From an uncultured Qipengyuania sp. (lineage in GTDB: Bacteria; Pseudomonadota; Alphaproteobacteria; Sphingomonadales; Sphingomonadaceae), in NCBI GenBank assembly GCA_964407585.1, contig CAYOWF010000001.1:1-59053 (forward strand): a DNA stretch of 59,053 bases, read 5' to 3'. The position numbers and the translations under genes were made by a program. Positions 25,737 through 35,351 of the stretch are shown here, piece after piece (the stretch's first letter is position 1; each line of letters opens with the position of its first letter). The notes below the pieces were generated by a model that saw only the letters and a program-made list of their open reading frames with translations, had not been told where the DNA came from and ran no database searches.

Positions 25737-28700
25737 TTAAAAGGATATGCGCGCCCCGGCAATAAAGGTTCGCCCGTTGAATGCTGCGAAATCCGGGAAG
25801 TCCTCGCCCCGTCCGCGCGTCTCGTAAGACGTCGGGCGACGCCCGCCATCCAGCAAATCATTTGCCGAAGCGAAGAGGGTGAGCCGGTCTAGGGCCCCGA
25901 GATCACGGAAAGTATACTCGATGTCGACATCGAGGAACCCGCGGCCTTGCTGGTACTGGCTCAGGCCGAATGTGCCGACTTCTTCGAGCTGCATTCCCTG
26001 GTAGCGATAGCCGACCGATGCCTCGAGCGCGCCGTCGTCATAGAAGAGCTGTGCGTTGCCCGTGAACTCCGGCGAGTTGAACAGGTCGAATGTGCCGGAG
26101 AAAGTGTCACCCGCTTCGGCATAGCCCAGCACGACCATAGCATCGTCTTCCTCGAACACGCCGAGGTCGAGGTCGATCGAAGTTTCCTGCCAGGTGAAAT
26201 TTCCTGCGAAATTGAGATTTGAAAGCAGCCCGGGAAGATAATCCAAGCTGTGGAACAAGCCGAGCTCGATGCCATAGATTTCAGCGGTGTTTCCGTTTGC
26301 CGGCTGGCGGATGTCCACCTGTGCGCCCGGAGATGCCAGCAATGCATCGAGGCCGCCCAGGCGATCGAGCAGCGCCCGTCCTTCTGCGGAGAAGGGGGCA
26401 TTGCGGACGGCGCTGATCGGGTCGAATTGCGGCACGCCGCCATCGAAGGAACCTTCGATGGCGAAGGAGTTGAAGATGAAGTCGTCCACCGACTTGTAGA
26501 ATACTGCGGCCGTAAACGCGTTCTGTCGGTTGGCGTAGAATTCGAACGACAGGTCAAACGCCTGAGAATAGGCATTCTTGAGATCCGGATTGCCCAGATT
26601 GAAGTCGATTTCGACATCTCTCACGTCAGCTGCGCTCGCGGTCTGCGGCGTCACTCCGTCTTCAAGCTCGATCCTGAAATTGCCGTCGACCTCGGCAGCC
26701 AGCAGGTCGAATGTCGGTCGGGCTATGGCTGTCGTATAGGAGGCGCGCAATCTCATCCGGTTGTTGAGGTCGTAATTGAAAGCGATCCGGGGAAGCACTT
26801 CGAAGTTGCTCGTCCTTGTGAGGTTTTGGCTTCCTTCGTCGGCCGCCAGTTCGACGCTGTCATTCCCGGTGCCCGGATCGAATGCGATCGAGGCGTCGAA
26901 TGTCTGCGGCGCGGAGAAATCACCGTCATACTGCTCCAGACGAACGCCCCCGATCACGCTCAGGCGACCTAAGCGCAGCTTCGTTTGCGCGTAACCGGTC
27001 CAGTAATGCTCTTCGGCCGTCAGGAGGGTCGTCGAACGGGGATCCAGGCCCGAAGCAAAATAGCCGTCGCGGAAGGTCCGGCGAATTTCGCGCAGCCGCG
27101 CTCCGTCGAACAGGACGACACCATTGAGGCCAATGTCGGAGAAAGGATTTCCGATCCTGTCGTAGGTCGAAAGCGAACCGTCGACCAGCCCCAGTTCTCC
27201 CAGGGCCGTATTGTTATCTCCCAGGCTGACCTCGCGATCGTCGCCAAGATATTCGCCATTCGGCCCGAGCTGATCGTCGACATCCGAAATGTCGATTTCC
27301 ATTTCGGTGAATTCCGAACGCTCGTACTGAATCCCGCCCTTCAGATACACGAAGGGTGTCGGACCGTCGAAATCGTAGGTCGCATCGAACTTGCCGGTCC
27401 AGCGCTTGTTTTCCCGCATGTCCACAAGGCTTTCATCGAAATCGTTGATCTCGCCACAGGGATCGCCATCGTCATCGAGGCAGAACGGATCGAGTGCCCG
27501 CTGGAAGACGTCCAGGTCGCGCGGAAGCGGTGCCGCGAACGGGGGGTTCGAGAAGTCGAGCGGCACGAATGTAACGGCATTGTCGTCTCGCCCTCCCGGA
27601 ACGCCATCGAAATCGTTGGTGAAGTCGATCGAAAGGATCGGCTCATCTTCGTAAGCGCGCGAATAACCGACCACATAATCCAGCGTCATCGGTCCGCTCT
27701 GGGTTTCGCCTCGAAGGAAGTAGCGTTCCTGAATCTCGACCGAATCTTCGATCTGGCCTTCGAAAGTGATCTCCGGATCGGGGAAGGTACTTTCCAGGAA
27801 GCCGCCCATGCCGTCGGGTTCGATATCGCCGTTATCGGCGTCGAATTCGACGTTTGAAGTCGTCTGTGTGGTTTCGTCCCGGGTCCAGCGGCCGCCCAGT
27901 GTCAGAATCGTCGAAGACGATACCTGCCAGTCGAGCGCAGCCGCGATCGTGTAGTTGTCCCGCTCGATCAGATTGTCTTCGAAATTGATCTGTTCATTGG
28001 TAAAGTCTTCGGGATTGAGGAACCCCTGCGGGACGCGTTCCAGCGGACCTTCCTCGATAAAGGTCTCGGAGCCGTTGGGGCCGTCCAGCGTAATCGCCCT
28101 CAGTTGCTCCAGCGTGAAGGAAGCGGGATTGACATAGAGGGTGTCGAGGAAGGTCTTGCGATAGGCCGCATCGATACTGAAAGCCAGGTTGTCGCCGAGC
28201 GACTGGCTCACACCACCGGTTATGCGGTAGCCGTAATCGTCGACGAATGTGTTGTCGCGGATACTGCCCCCGAGGCGAAATCCTTCACGCCGATCGAGCG
28301 GGCCACGAGTGCGGATGTTGACGATCCCGCCGATACCCTCGGTGTGATGTTCGGGCAATGGCGCCTTGATCACCTCGATCATGGAAATGCCGTTCGACGT
28401 AATAATGTCGAGCGCGGTACGGCGATACTGGTCTGCAGTGCCGGTGCGCACACCATCGTACAGTACGGTGTTATAAGAGGCGTCGAGGCCGCGGATCGAA
28501 ATGAACTCGCCTTGGCCCGTGTCGTTCTCGCGCTGGAAACCGATGCCGGGGATGCGCGCGAGGGCTTCGGCGATGTTGGGGTCGGGAAAGCGTCCAGCCT
28601 GGTCGGCCGAGAGCACATCGATCACCGAATCCGCTTCGCGTTTGGCATTGATCGATTCGATTATCGAACCTCGCTGACCTTCCACGATGATGATGGCAGG

Positions 28701-28844
28701 ACCTTCAGTGGCGGATACAGCGGCATCCTGCTCTTCGGTCCCATCGGTATTCGTATCTTCCTGGGCCCAGGCCGGAGCCGTTGCGGATATGGCAACGGCC
28801 GTCATGGCGGTACCAAGGAAATAGCGTGCTCTCTGGAGATTCAT
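25737..28844 (-). CDS. TonB-dependent receptor
   Basis: Signal peptide (AWA-QE), plug D....GRFPD.NIAEALARIPG, ISIRGL, GIGG.VN, GNPDL, terminal ARISF; start at MNLQ. Confidence 0.92.
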   Translation of the reverse strand: MNLQRARYFLGTAMTAVAISATAPAWAQEDTNTDGTEEQDAAVSATEGPAIIIVEGQRGSIIESINAKREADSVIDVLSADQAGRFPDPNIAEALARIPGIGFQRENDTGQGEFISIRGLDASYNTVLYDGVRTGTADQYRRTALDIITSNGISMIEVIKAPLPEHHTEGIGGIVNIRTRGPLDRREGFRLGGSIRDNTFVDDYGYRITGGVSQSLGDNLAFSIDAAYRKTFLDTLYVNPASFTLEQLRAITLDGPNGSETFIEEGPLERVPQGFLNPEDFTNEQINFEDNLIERDNYTIAAALDWQVSSSTILTLGGRWTRDETTQTTSNVEFDADNGDIEPDGMGGFLESTFPDPEITFEGQIEDSVEIQERYFLRGETQSGPMTLDYVVGYSRAYEDEPILSIDFTNDFDGVPGGRDDNAVTFVPLDFSNPPFAAPLPRDLDVFQRALDPFCLDDDGDPCGEINDFDESLVDMRENKRWTGKFDATYDFDGPTPFVYLKGGIQYERSEFTEMEIDISDVDDQLGPNGEYLGDDREVSLGDNNTALGELGLVDGSLSTYDRIGNPFSDIGLNGVVLFDGARLREIRRTFRDGYFASGLDPRSTTLLTAEEHYWTGYAQTKLRLGRLSVIGGVRLEQYDGDFSAPQTFDASIAFDPGTGNDSVELAADEGSQNLTRTSNFEVLPRIAFNYDLNNRMRLRASYTTAIARPTFDLLAAEVDGNFRIELEDGVTPQTASAADVRDVEIDFNLGNPDLKNAYSQAFDLSFEFYANRQNAFTAAVFYKSVDDFIFNSFAIEGSFDGGVPQFDPISAVRNAPFSAEGRALLDRLGGLDALLASPGAQVDIRQPANGNTAEIYGIELGLFHSLDYLPGLLSNLNFAGNFTWQETSIDLDLGVFEEDDAMVVLGYAEAGDTFSGTFDLFNSPEFTGNAQLFYDDGALEASVGYRYQGMQLEEVGTFGLSQYQQGRGFLDVDIEYTFRDLGALDRLTLFASANDLLDGGRRPTSYETRGRGEDFPDFAAFNGRTFIAGARISF

Positions 28845-28888
28845 CGAATCTTCTCCCCTCATCTGTTTGAGCGCAGGGGTACCATAGT

Positions 28889-28927
28889 ACTGAACGAGGT
28901 CAACTTTATTTGAACATACGGTTCAGT
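28889..28927. promoter_or_regulatory. Putative TetR operator between divergent receptor and regulator genes
   Basis: TGAAC-N5-GTTCA palindrome at 28911-28925 plus an extra ACTGAAC half-site at 28889-28895. Confidence 0.55.
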
Positions 28928-28996
28928 TTTTGCACTCGACAACAACAGGGTGTGGTGGCAAAATGGGACTTTAGTAGGCGGTATTGCGGGGGTAAA

Positions 28997-30232
28997 TTGA
29001 GCGGCACTCTCAAGCGGGCGGATCGTCATGATAAGCGCCAACTGATCCTCGACGAGGCCAGCGCTCAGTTCAACGAACACGGCTTTCACGACGTTCGCCT
29101 GGAGGACATCGCAGAGGCGCTTGGTGCCAGAAAAGCCAGTATAAGTTATCACTTCCAATCAAAGCGTGCATTGCTCGAAGCGGCCTATCTCAGGACCTGC
29201 AAATTCCTGGATCAGGCGATTGAGGGGGCGAGCCGAGAATGCTACGGGAAGGAGAAGATCGGCCATTGGGTCAGGGTGGTGGCGAGGATGCAGTCGGGTG
29301 CGCAAACCAATGCCCATGCTCAGCTGGCAATTCTGAACGACCTGAATGCGCTTGAACCGGAAAGTCGCCACATATTAGAAACGCGGATCGCGAAACAGTT
29401 GGACGTGATCGAGGAATTTCTCGCCGAGGCCGGGCCCGACTCGGCAACACGCAGTGCGGCGCTTCTTTTCTGGACCCTGCCGAGCTGGATTGAGAACTGG
29501 CTTTCGGCAATTCCGGCCCGACGGCACGACGCTCAGATCGAATGCCTTGTCACCCTGCTGCAGCAAGGAGTGACGAGCGACGCGACCGGGTTCATGCTCA
29601 CTTCCCTTCCCATGCGCGGTGGGACAAACAACCTCTTGTTCAACCGGGAAGAGCGCGCGCGGCTTAAACGAGACGCCTTCGAGCGCGCTGGCATCCGTCG
29701 TTTCAACCAGCAAGGCTATGGCGGCTTTTCGCTAAACGCTTTGGCCGACGAACTTGGCGTCAGCCGCGGGACCTTCTACTATACATTCGCAGATAAGGAC
29801 GCGCTTCTTGAAGCCTGTGCGCATCGTTCGCACACGCGCATCCTCGAAGTGATGGAACAAATTGACGAAGCGTCCGGGCCCATTCTCCCCAATATCGCAG
29901 CCGGTTTGGCGAAGCTTTATTCCGAACACGCATCGAATCTAGAACCGATGCTCAGAGCCTGCATCTATTCGTCGCTCTCCCCTTCGCAAGAGGCGATCGC
30001 CGAGGCGGATTGGCAGGGCATAGCGGCTCGTCTTTCACGCTTGTTGGCAGAATGCTGCGAGGAAGGCGGCTGCATGAATCATGGCGTTGAAAAGATGGAA
30101 TTGATCCTTCTTTCAGCGTTGCGAAATATTGCCGTAAGTCAGGGCCTTGCCGGCTTCCCCGGAGGAAACCCGTTTGGTTCGGCACAGCCGAGCGATTACT
30201 TCAGCCCGCTGCTGAATGGCATGCGAGTCTGA
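28997..30232 (+). CDS. Tandem (double) TetR/AcrR family transcriptional regulator
   Basis: Two HTH domains: F.EHGF..V.LEDIA.ALG..KA..SYHF.SK and F.QQGY..FSL..LA.ELGVSRGTFYY.F.DK; start uncertain (28910-28997). Confidence 0.85.
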   Translation: MSGTLKRADRHDKRQLILDEASAQFNEHGFHDVRLEDIAEALGARKASISYHFQSKRALLEAAYLRTCKFLDQAIEGASRECYGKEKIGHWVRVVARMQSGAQTNAHAQLAILNDLNALEPESRHILETRIAKQLDVIEEFLAEAGPDSATRSAALLFWTLPSWIENWLSAIPARRHDAQIECLVTLLQQGVTSDATGFMLTSLPMRGGTNNLLFNREERARLKRDAFERAGIRRFNQQGYGGFSLNALADELGVSRGTFYYTFADKDALLEACAHRSHTRILEVMEQIDEASGPILPNIAAGLAKLYSEHASNLEPMLRACIYSSLSPSQEAIAEADWQGIAARLSRLLAECCEEGGCMNHGVEKMELILLSALRNIAVSQGLAGFPGGNPFGSAQPSDYFSPLLNGMRV

Positions 30233-30366
30233 CACAACTTGTCCCGAAAAGGTGGAGGCGCTTTTCCGCCACTTGCGCGAAAGTCAGTCGCGCGGGCCCG
30301 GAATTGCCAAGCGTAGTGCCGCCGTTCCTTGGCAAACGTTTGGCATGCTACATATCCAAAACTGGG

Positions 30367-30443
<77 letters not shown>

Positions 30444-30503
30444 ACCACGGGCGCCCACCTAGGCAGGGTCGCGCAATGGGTCAAGCGCGGTTTGATCCGC
30501 TTC

Positions 30504-30995
30504 TTACCCGACAACGCAATTTGGCCGGGCGATCTGCCTGAGCGTCAGGCCGGTCAGCGGATCGCGCCAATCGGGGGCCACTTCCGCGATCGGGCGACGG
30601 ACGAACTCGCGGTCCCTGAAGAGCGGATGCGGAATGACGAGGCCGGGCGAGGTCCATGCTCCGCCGTTCCACAGCACGATATCGAGATCGAGCGGGCGTG
30701 AACGCCAGCGCACGCCGCGGTGCCGACGCCCGAAGTCCGCTTCCACCTGCTTCAAGGCAGCGAGGAAGGTCTCCGGCCCCAGTTCGGTTTCGACGACGGC
30801 TGCGCCATTGGCATAGAGACGCTGCGATGGGCCCAGGGGCCTGGTCGAGCGAATCCTCGAAACGGCTACCGCTTCGATGCCTTTTTCGCCGAGCGCTTCG
30901 ATCGCGGCCTGCAGCACCTTGCGAGGCGCCCCTACGCCCGGCACGCGCATGTTCGAACCCAGGGCGATGACATAGCTGTGTCTGGTTGCACCCAT
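30504..30995 (-). CDS. folK: 2-amino-4-hydroxy-6-hydroxymethyldihydropteridine diphosphokinase
   Basis: IALGSN, Y.N, E..FGR, R.LDLDIV, IPHP....R.FV..P. Confidence 0.92.
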   Translation of the reverse strand: MGATRHSYVIALGSNMRVPGVGAPRKVLQAAIEALGEKGIEAVAVSRIRSTRPLGPSQRLYANGAAVVETELGPETFLAALKQVEADFGRRHRGVRWRSRPLDLDIVLWNGGAWTSPGLVIPHPLFRDREFVRRPIAEVAPDWRDPLTGLTLRQIARPNCVVG

Positions 30996-31047
30996 ACTCC
31001 CCCGCGCCTAGCGTCGCGCAGCACCAAGCGCAAAGGGAGGTTGGAGT

Positions 31048-32478
31048 ATGCGGCCGGTTTTATCGATTGCGGCTTTGTCGATTGTGGCAGGGTCGATGGT
31101 TTTCCCCGCCATGCCTGCAGTGGCGCAGGAAGATGATCGTACGCCGCACGAACAGCGGGTCTTTGAAATCTACCGCGACATCATTGCCTTTCGGACCGCA
31201 CGTGGGGCCGGGCAGGTCGACGACATGGTCGCTTATCTCATCGACCGCCTCTCCGAAGCCGGGTTCTCCGATGACGACATCATGGTCACCGATTACGTGA
31301 GCGACGGCGACCCGACCCAGGGCCTCATCGTACGCTATCGCGGAGACGGTTCTTCGGGTGAGAAGCCGATCGTCCTGCTGGCACATATGGATGTCGTCGA
31401 CGCCCTTCCGGAAGACTGGGTGCGCGACCCGTTTACGCTTACCGAAGAGGACGGGTATTTCTTCGGCCGCGGCACGATGGACAACAAATATGGCGTGGCC
31501 AATCTCACCGGCACCTTCATCCGGTTGAGGGAGGAAGGCTGGAAACCGAACCGCGATCTCTACCTGGTGTTTTCGGGCGACGAGGAGAGCGGCATGGTCT
31601 CTACCCGCGCACAGGCGAAATGGGTGGCGGAGAATGTCGATCCGGCCTTCATGCTCAATTCCGATGCAGGCGGGGTCGGGCTGACGGAAGACTACCGGCC
31701 CCTCGCGCAGCGCGTACAGGCGGCGGAGAAGACGTTCGTGACCTTCGACCTCACCATCACCAATCCTGGCGGCCATTCGTCCCGCCCGCGCAAGGACAAT
31801 GCGATCTACGAACTCGCGGACGCCTTGCAGAAGGTGCGCGATTACCAGTTCCCCGTCCGCGCGACGCCCCTGACGCGCAGCTATCTCGGCGCGATGGGCC
31901 GGATCATTCCCGGACCGATGGGCGAAGCGCTGAAGACCTTCGCTACCGATCCGTCGGACGACCGTGCCATTGCCATGCTCCGCTCCGTGCCGGAGTTCCT
32001 CGGCACGCTCAGTACGACCTGCGTCGCGACCATGCTCAATGCAGGCCATGCCGAAAATGCCCTGCCGCAGACCGCGACCGCCACAGTCAATTGTCGTGTC
32101 TTCCCTGGCGAGGGGGTCGAACTGACGCAAGAGCGGCTGGCCCAAGCCATCGACAATCCCGATGTCGCGATCGTTGCGCGCGGCGAGCCGACCGAAAGCC
32201 CCGAAAGCACATTGCGCGACGATGTCCGTGCTGCGCTCGCGAAGTCGATAGAGGCGCGATACGGACGGCCGATCCCGATCATTCCCTATATGGAGTCGGG
32301 CGGAACCGACGGGATGCATTACCGCGCGCTGGGCTACAACACGGTGGCAATCAGCGGCGGGGCGAGCAGGCCGCAGGATGTCTTTGCCCACGGACTGGAC
32401 GAAAGAGTGCGGGTCGATGCCTTCTATGCCGGCCTCGACCACTGGACCATCATCCTGAAGGAACTGGCTGGCGGCTAG
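31048..32478 (+). CDS. Exported M20/M25/M40 family metallopeptidase
   Basis: Signal peptide; LLAHMDVV, GRGTMDNK, GDEE, GGHSS, GGTD, HG.DE. Confidence 0.9.
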   Translation: MRPVLSIAALSIVAGSMVFPAMPAVAQEDDRTPHEQRVFEIYRDIIAFRTARGAGQVDDMVAYLIDRLSEAGFSDDDIMVTDYVSDGDPTQGLIVRYRGDGSSGEKPIVLLAHMDVVDALPEDWVRDPFTLTEEDGYFFGRGTMDNKYGVANLTGTFIRLREEGWKPNRDLYLVFSGDEESGMVSTRAQAKWVAENVDPAFMLNSDAGGVGLTEDYRPLAQRVQAAEKTFVTFDLTITNPGGHSSRPRKDNAIYELADALQKVRDYQFPVRATPLTRSYLGAMGRIIPGPMGEALKTFATDPSDDRAIAMLRSVPEFLGTLSTTCVATMLNAGHAENALPQTATATVNCRVFPGEGVELTQERLAQAIDNPDVAIVARGEPTESPESTLRDDVRAALAKSIEARYGRPIPIIPYMESGGTDGMHYRALGYNTVAISGGASRPQDVFAHGLDERVRVDAFYAGLDHWTIILKELAGG

Positions 32479-32897
32479 AACAGCTCGTTAGGCACTTCGC
32501 GCGCGGCGAATTCACCGAGCGCAAGGCGGCGTTTGCGCTTGACGAGGCCGCTGGTGTCGAGTGCAAAGGGCACGTCGATATCGGCGGAATAATTCCGTGC
32601 TCGCAAGCGAACTTCGGCAAGTTCCCCTTCGCGCAGGCGGACGATGGCAGCGGCAAGGATGGTGCCGTCTCGCGCCCGTGGCTTCAGCAGGTCTATCAAC
32701 CGGTCGACCGGCCCGCGCTGGTCGTCGCCCGCGCCGGTTTCGAGGACTGCGACCGCGTGGATGGTCCCGTTTGCTCTCAGTTCGAACACAAGCGGGTGGA
32801 AATGCCCATCCTTCTCGATGCGCCCGATGGCCGCTTCAAGTGCGATGGTGAAGAGCCGGTCAAGCTGGTCCTGGCTGATGGTGCGACCCGAAGCCAT
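32475..32897 (-). CDS. Hypothetical protein
   Basis: 140-aa ORF (MASGRTISQ...) starting 2 nt after the aguB stop; track ORF 32475..33182 is over-extended. Confidence 0.65.
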   Translation of the reverse strand: MASGRTISQDQLDRLFTIALEAAIGRIEKDGHFHPLVFELRANGTIHAVAVLETGAGDDQRGPVDRLIDLLKPRARDGTILAAAIVRLREGELAEVRLRARNYSADIDVPFALDTSGLVKRKRRLALGEFAAREVPNELF

Positions 32898-32899
32898 GG

Positions 32900-33763
32900 C
32901 TAGATATCCTCGCAGATTCGCCCGTAGAGTTGCGGTCGGCGATCGCGGAAGAAGCCCATGCCGGCGCGATGCTTTGCCGCGCGGTCGAGGTCGAGTGTAG
33001 CGACCAGCGCTCCGCTGTCCGAAGCGCCGTAGTCTTCCAGCATGTCGCCCCATTCGTCGCAGATGAAGCTGTGGCCGTAGAAGCTTTGCTGGCGATCGGC
33101 CGGGCCTTCGTGACCGATGCGATTGGCTGCACAAACGGGCATGCAATTCGAAACCGCATGGCCGATCATCGCACGCCGCCACATGCGGCTCGTGTCGAGA
33201 TCCGCGTCATAGGGTTCGGACCCGATCGCTGTGGGGTAGAACAGGACTTCGGCCCCTTTCAGGGCCATCACGCGGGCGCATTCGGGATACCACTGGTCCC
33301 AGCAGATGCCGACCCCGATGCGCGCCCCAAAAACGTCCCACACCTTGAACCCGTCGTTGCCCGGGCGGAAATAGTATTTTTCCTCATATCCCGGCCCATC
33401 CGGGATGTGGCTCTTGCGATAGGTACCCATGATTTCGCCGTCCGGGCCGATCATGGCGAGCGTGTTGTAATAGTGATGTCCGTCACGCTCGAAGAAGCTC
33501 GTCGGGATGGCCACGCCGAGCTGCTTTGCGAGCGCCTGCATGGCCAGCACACTCGGATGCTCCAGCGTGGGCCGGGCGCGGGCGAAGTACTCCTCTTCCT
33601 CCTCGCGGCAAAAATATTCACCCGCAAAGAGTTCGGGTGGCAGAACGACCTGCGCTCCCTTGGCCGCCGCCTTCTCCACCAGTTCGGAGACGGCAGCGAT
33701 ATTGTCAGCCTCGTCCGCCCGCGCGAGCGAAAGTTGCAGAACGGATACAGTCAGTTCTCTCAT
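32900..33763 (-). CDS. aguB: N-carbamoylputrescine amidase
   Basis: Nitrilase triad PELF / YRKSHIPDGPGYEEKYYF / GICWDQWYPE; YPTAIGSEP. Confidence 0.93.
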   Translation of the reverse strand: MRELTVSVLQLSLARADEADNIAAVSELVEKAAAKGAQVVLPPELFAGEYFCREEEEEYFARARPTLEHPSVLAMQALAKQLGVAIPTSFFERDGHHYYNTLAMIGPDGEIMGTYRKSHIPDGPGYEEKYYFRPGNDGFKVWDVFGARIGVGICWDQWYPECARVMALKGAEVLFYPTAIGSEPYDADLDTSRMWRRAMIGHAVSNCMPVCAANRIGHEGPADRQQSFYGHSFICDEWGDMLEDYGASDSGALVATLDLDRAAKHRAGMGFFRDRRPQLYGRICEDI

Positions 33764-33831
33764 GGGAGAGGAGCGTTATTTCTCCTTCAGCGCGAAGTCT
33801 ACCTGCTTGTGGAGGTGCGGGGTATGCGGGC

Positions 33832-34653
33832 TCAGTCGGCCTTCCTGAACAGAAGCGTCATGCGGTCGCTTTCGCCGATGGCGAGATAACGATCGCGGTC
33901 TTCATCGCCGTAGCGCAGGACAGGAGGAAGCGTCCAAACGCCCCCTTCCCAATCGGCAGGATCCTTCGGGTTGGCGTTGATCTCGCTAGAATCCACGAGC
34001 TCGTATCCGCTCAATTCCATGATTTTCACCACATCCGCTTGCCGCATGTAACCGGGCGCGGGATTTACATCCTCCCAGCTTGCGTCGGCAGGCGCCCGGT
34101 GCTGGACGATGCCGACCAATCCGTCATCCTTGAGAAGAGCGCGCATGGCGACGAGATATTTGTCCAGCACTTCACCATTCCACGGTCCATGCATGGCGCG
34201 AACGATCAGGATGCGGTCGACGGATCCATTCACCTCGTCTGCGACCTCGTCGATCTCGTAGGCATGGACACTTTCCGCCTCGACGCCGAAGGCTTTTGCG
34301 AATTCGGACTTGAATTCCTCGGTCCATCCCAAGGCCCGGGCCTGCGCAGCGCGATTGGCAAAACCGCCATCTTCGCTGTCACGGTTGATCGCGACATACT
34401 TTCCCCCGGCAAGAAGGTACGGTGCAAGAATGCGGGTGTACCAGCCGCCACCAGGTGCGAATTCCGCCACGGTCATGCCGGGTTCGACGCGGAAGAACGC
34501 GAGCGTCTCTTCCGGGTTGCGATACTGGTCGCGTGCGCGGTCGTCGTCGCGCCGTTCATGGGCCAGTACATCCTCCAGGCTGGAAGCGTGGTCGTCGGCG
34601 GCAAGCGGGGCCGCGACCATCGCGGCAGCGGCAGCAGTCAGGAACAGGCGCAT
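33832..34653 (-). CDS. Class I SAM-dependent methyltransferase-like protein with signal peptide
   Basis: D.ARD.YR.P.ETL.FF.V.PGMTV.E..PGGGWYT..L; NANPKD, GVWTLPP, IGESDRM.L.F. Confidence 0.85.
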   Translation of the reverse strand: MRLFLTAAAAAMVAAPLAADDHASSLEDVLAHERRDDDRARDQYRNPEETLAFFRVEPGMTVAEFAPGGGWYTRILAPYLLAGGKYVAINRDSEDGGFANRAAQARALGWTEEFKSEFAKAFGVEAESVHAYEIDEVADEVNGSVDRILIVRAMHGPWNGEVLDKYLVAMRALLKDDGLVGIVQHRAPADASWEDVNPAPGYMRQADVVKIMELSGYELVDSSEINANPKDPADWEGGVWTLPPVLRYGDEDRDRYLAIGESDRMTLLFRKAD

Positions 34654-34756
34654 CGTGTCTCTCCTTTGAATAGCTCTCGTTCAGCCTACTGCCCTTGCAC
34701 AGACCGGATGACAAGCATGCTTCGCCTTCCTACATGCCCACCCGAAGGAGAATTAC

Positions 34757-35299
34757 ATGGCTCAGGAACAGCTTATCGTCGCCGGCGGGTGCTTCTGGTG
34801 CACCGAGGCGGTGATGAAAGACGTGATTGGCGTGCACGAAGTCGAAAGCGGCTATATCGGCGGCGACAAGCCCGACCCGACCTACAAGGAGGTGTGCACT
34901 GGCACTACCGGTCATGCCGAAGGCGTGAGGGTCACATTCGACAGCGAACGGATCACGCTCGACCAGATTCTCGATGTCTTCATGGGCACGCACGACCCGA
35001 CCCAGCTCAACCGGCAGGGAAACGACGTCGGTACGCAATATCGCAGCGCGATCTTCCCCACTGAAGAGCAGCGCCATGCGGCAGAGGCGGCAATCGCGCG
35101 GTGGAACGAAGAGCACCCCGGGCAAAGCGCCGTGACTACGATCGAAGGCGGCGAATGGTATCCGGCAGAGGATTACCACCAGGAATATTGGGAAGGCGAA
35201 GGCCAGCGGAACCCCTATTGCCTTGCCGTCATCCCGCCCAAGCTGATGAAGCTCAGGAAGAGCTTCCAGAAGTATTTGAAGACCGAAGAGCAGGCATAG
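34757..35299 (+). CDS. msrA: Peptide-methionine (S)-S-oxide reductase
   Basis: GGCFWC, GTTGHAE, HDPTQLNRQGNDVGTQYRS, AEDYHQ. Confidence 0.96.
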   Translation: MAQEQLIVAGGCFWCTEAVMKDVIGVHEVESGYIGGDKPDPTYKEVCTGTTGHAEGVRVTFDSERITLDQILDVFMGTHDPTQLNRQGNDVGTQYRSAIFPTEEQRHAAEAAIARWNEEHPGQSAVTTIEGGEWYPAEDYHQEYWEGEGQRNPYCLAVIPPKLMKLRKSFQKYLKTEEQA

Positions 35300-35334
35300 A
35301 AAAAGGGGCGAGCCCGCAGGCTCGCCCCTCTTTT
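35300..35334. terminator. Bidirectional Rho-independent terminator between msrA and the OmpA-family gene
   Basis: AAAAA-GGGGCGAGCC-CGCA-GGCTCGCCCC-TCTTTT. Confidence 0.85.
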
Positions 35335-35351
35335 CATTCGCCTGGCTGCGA

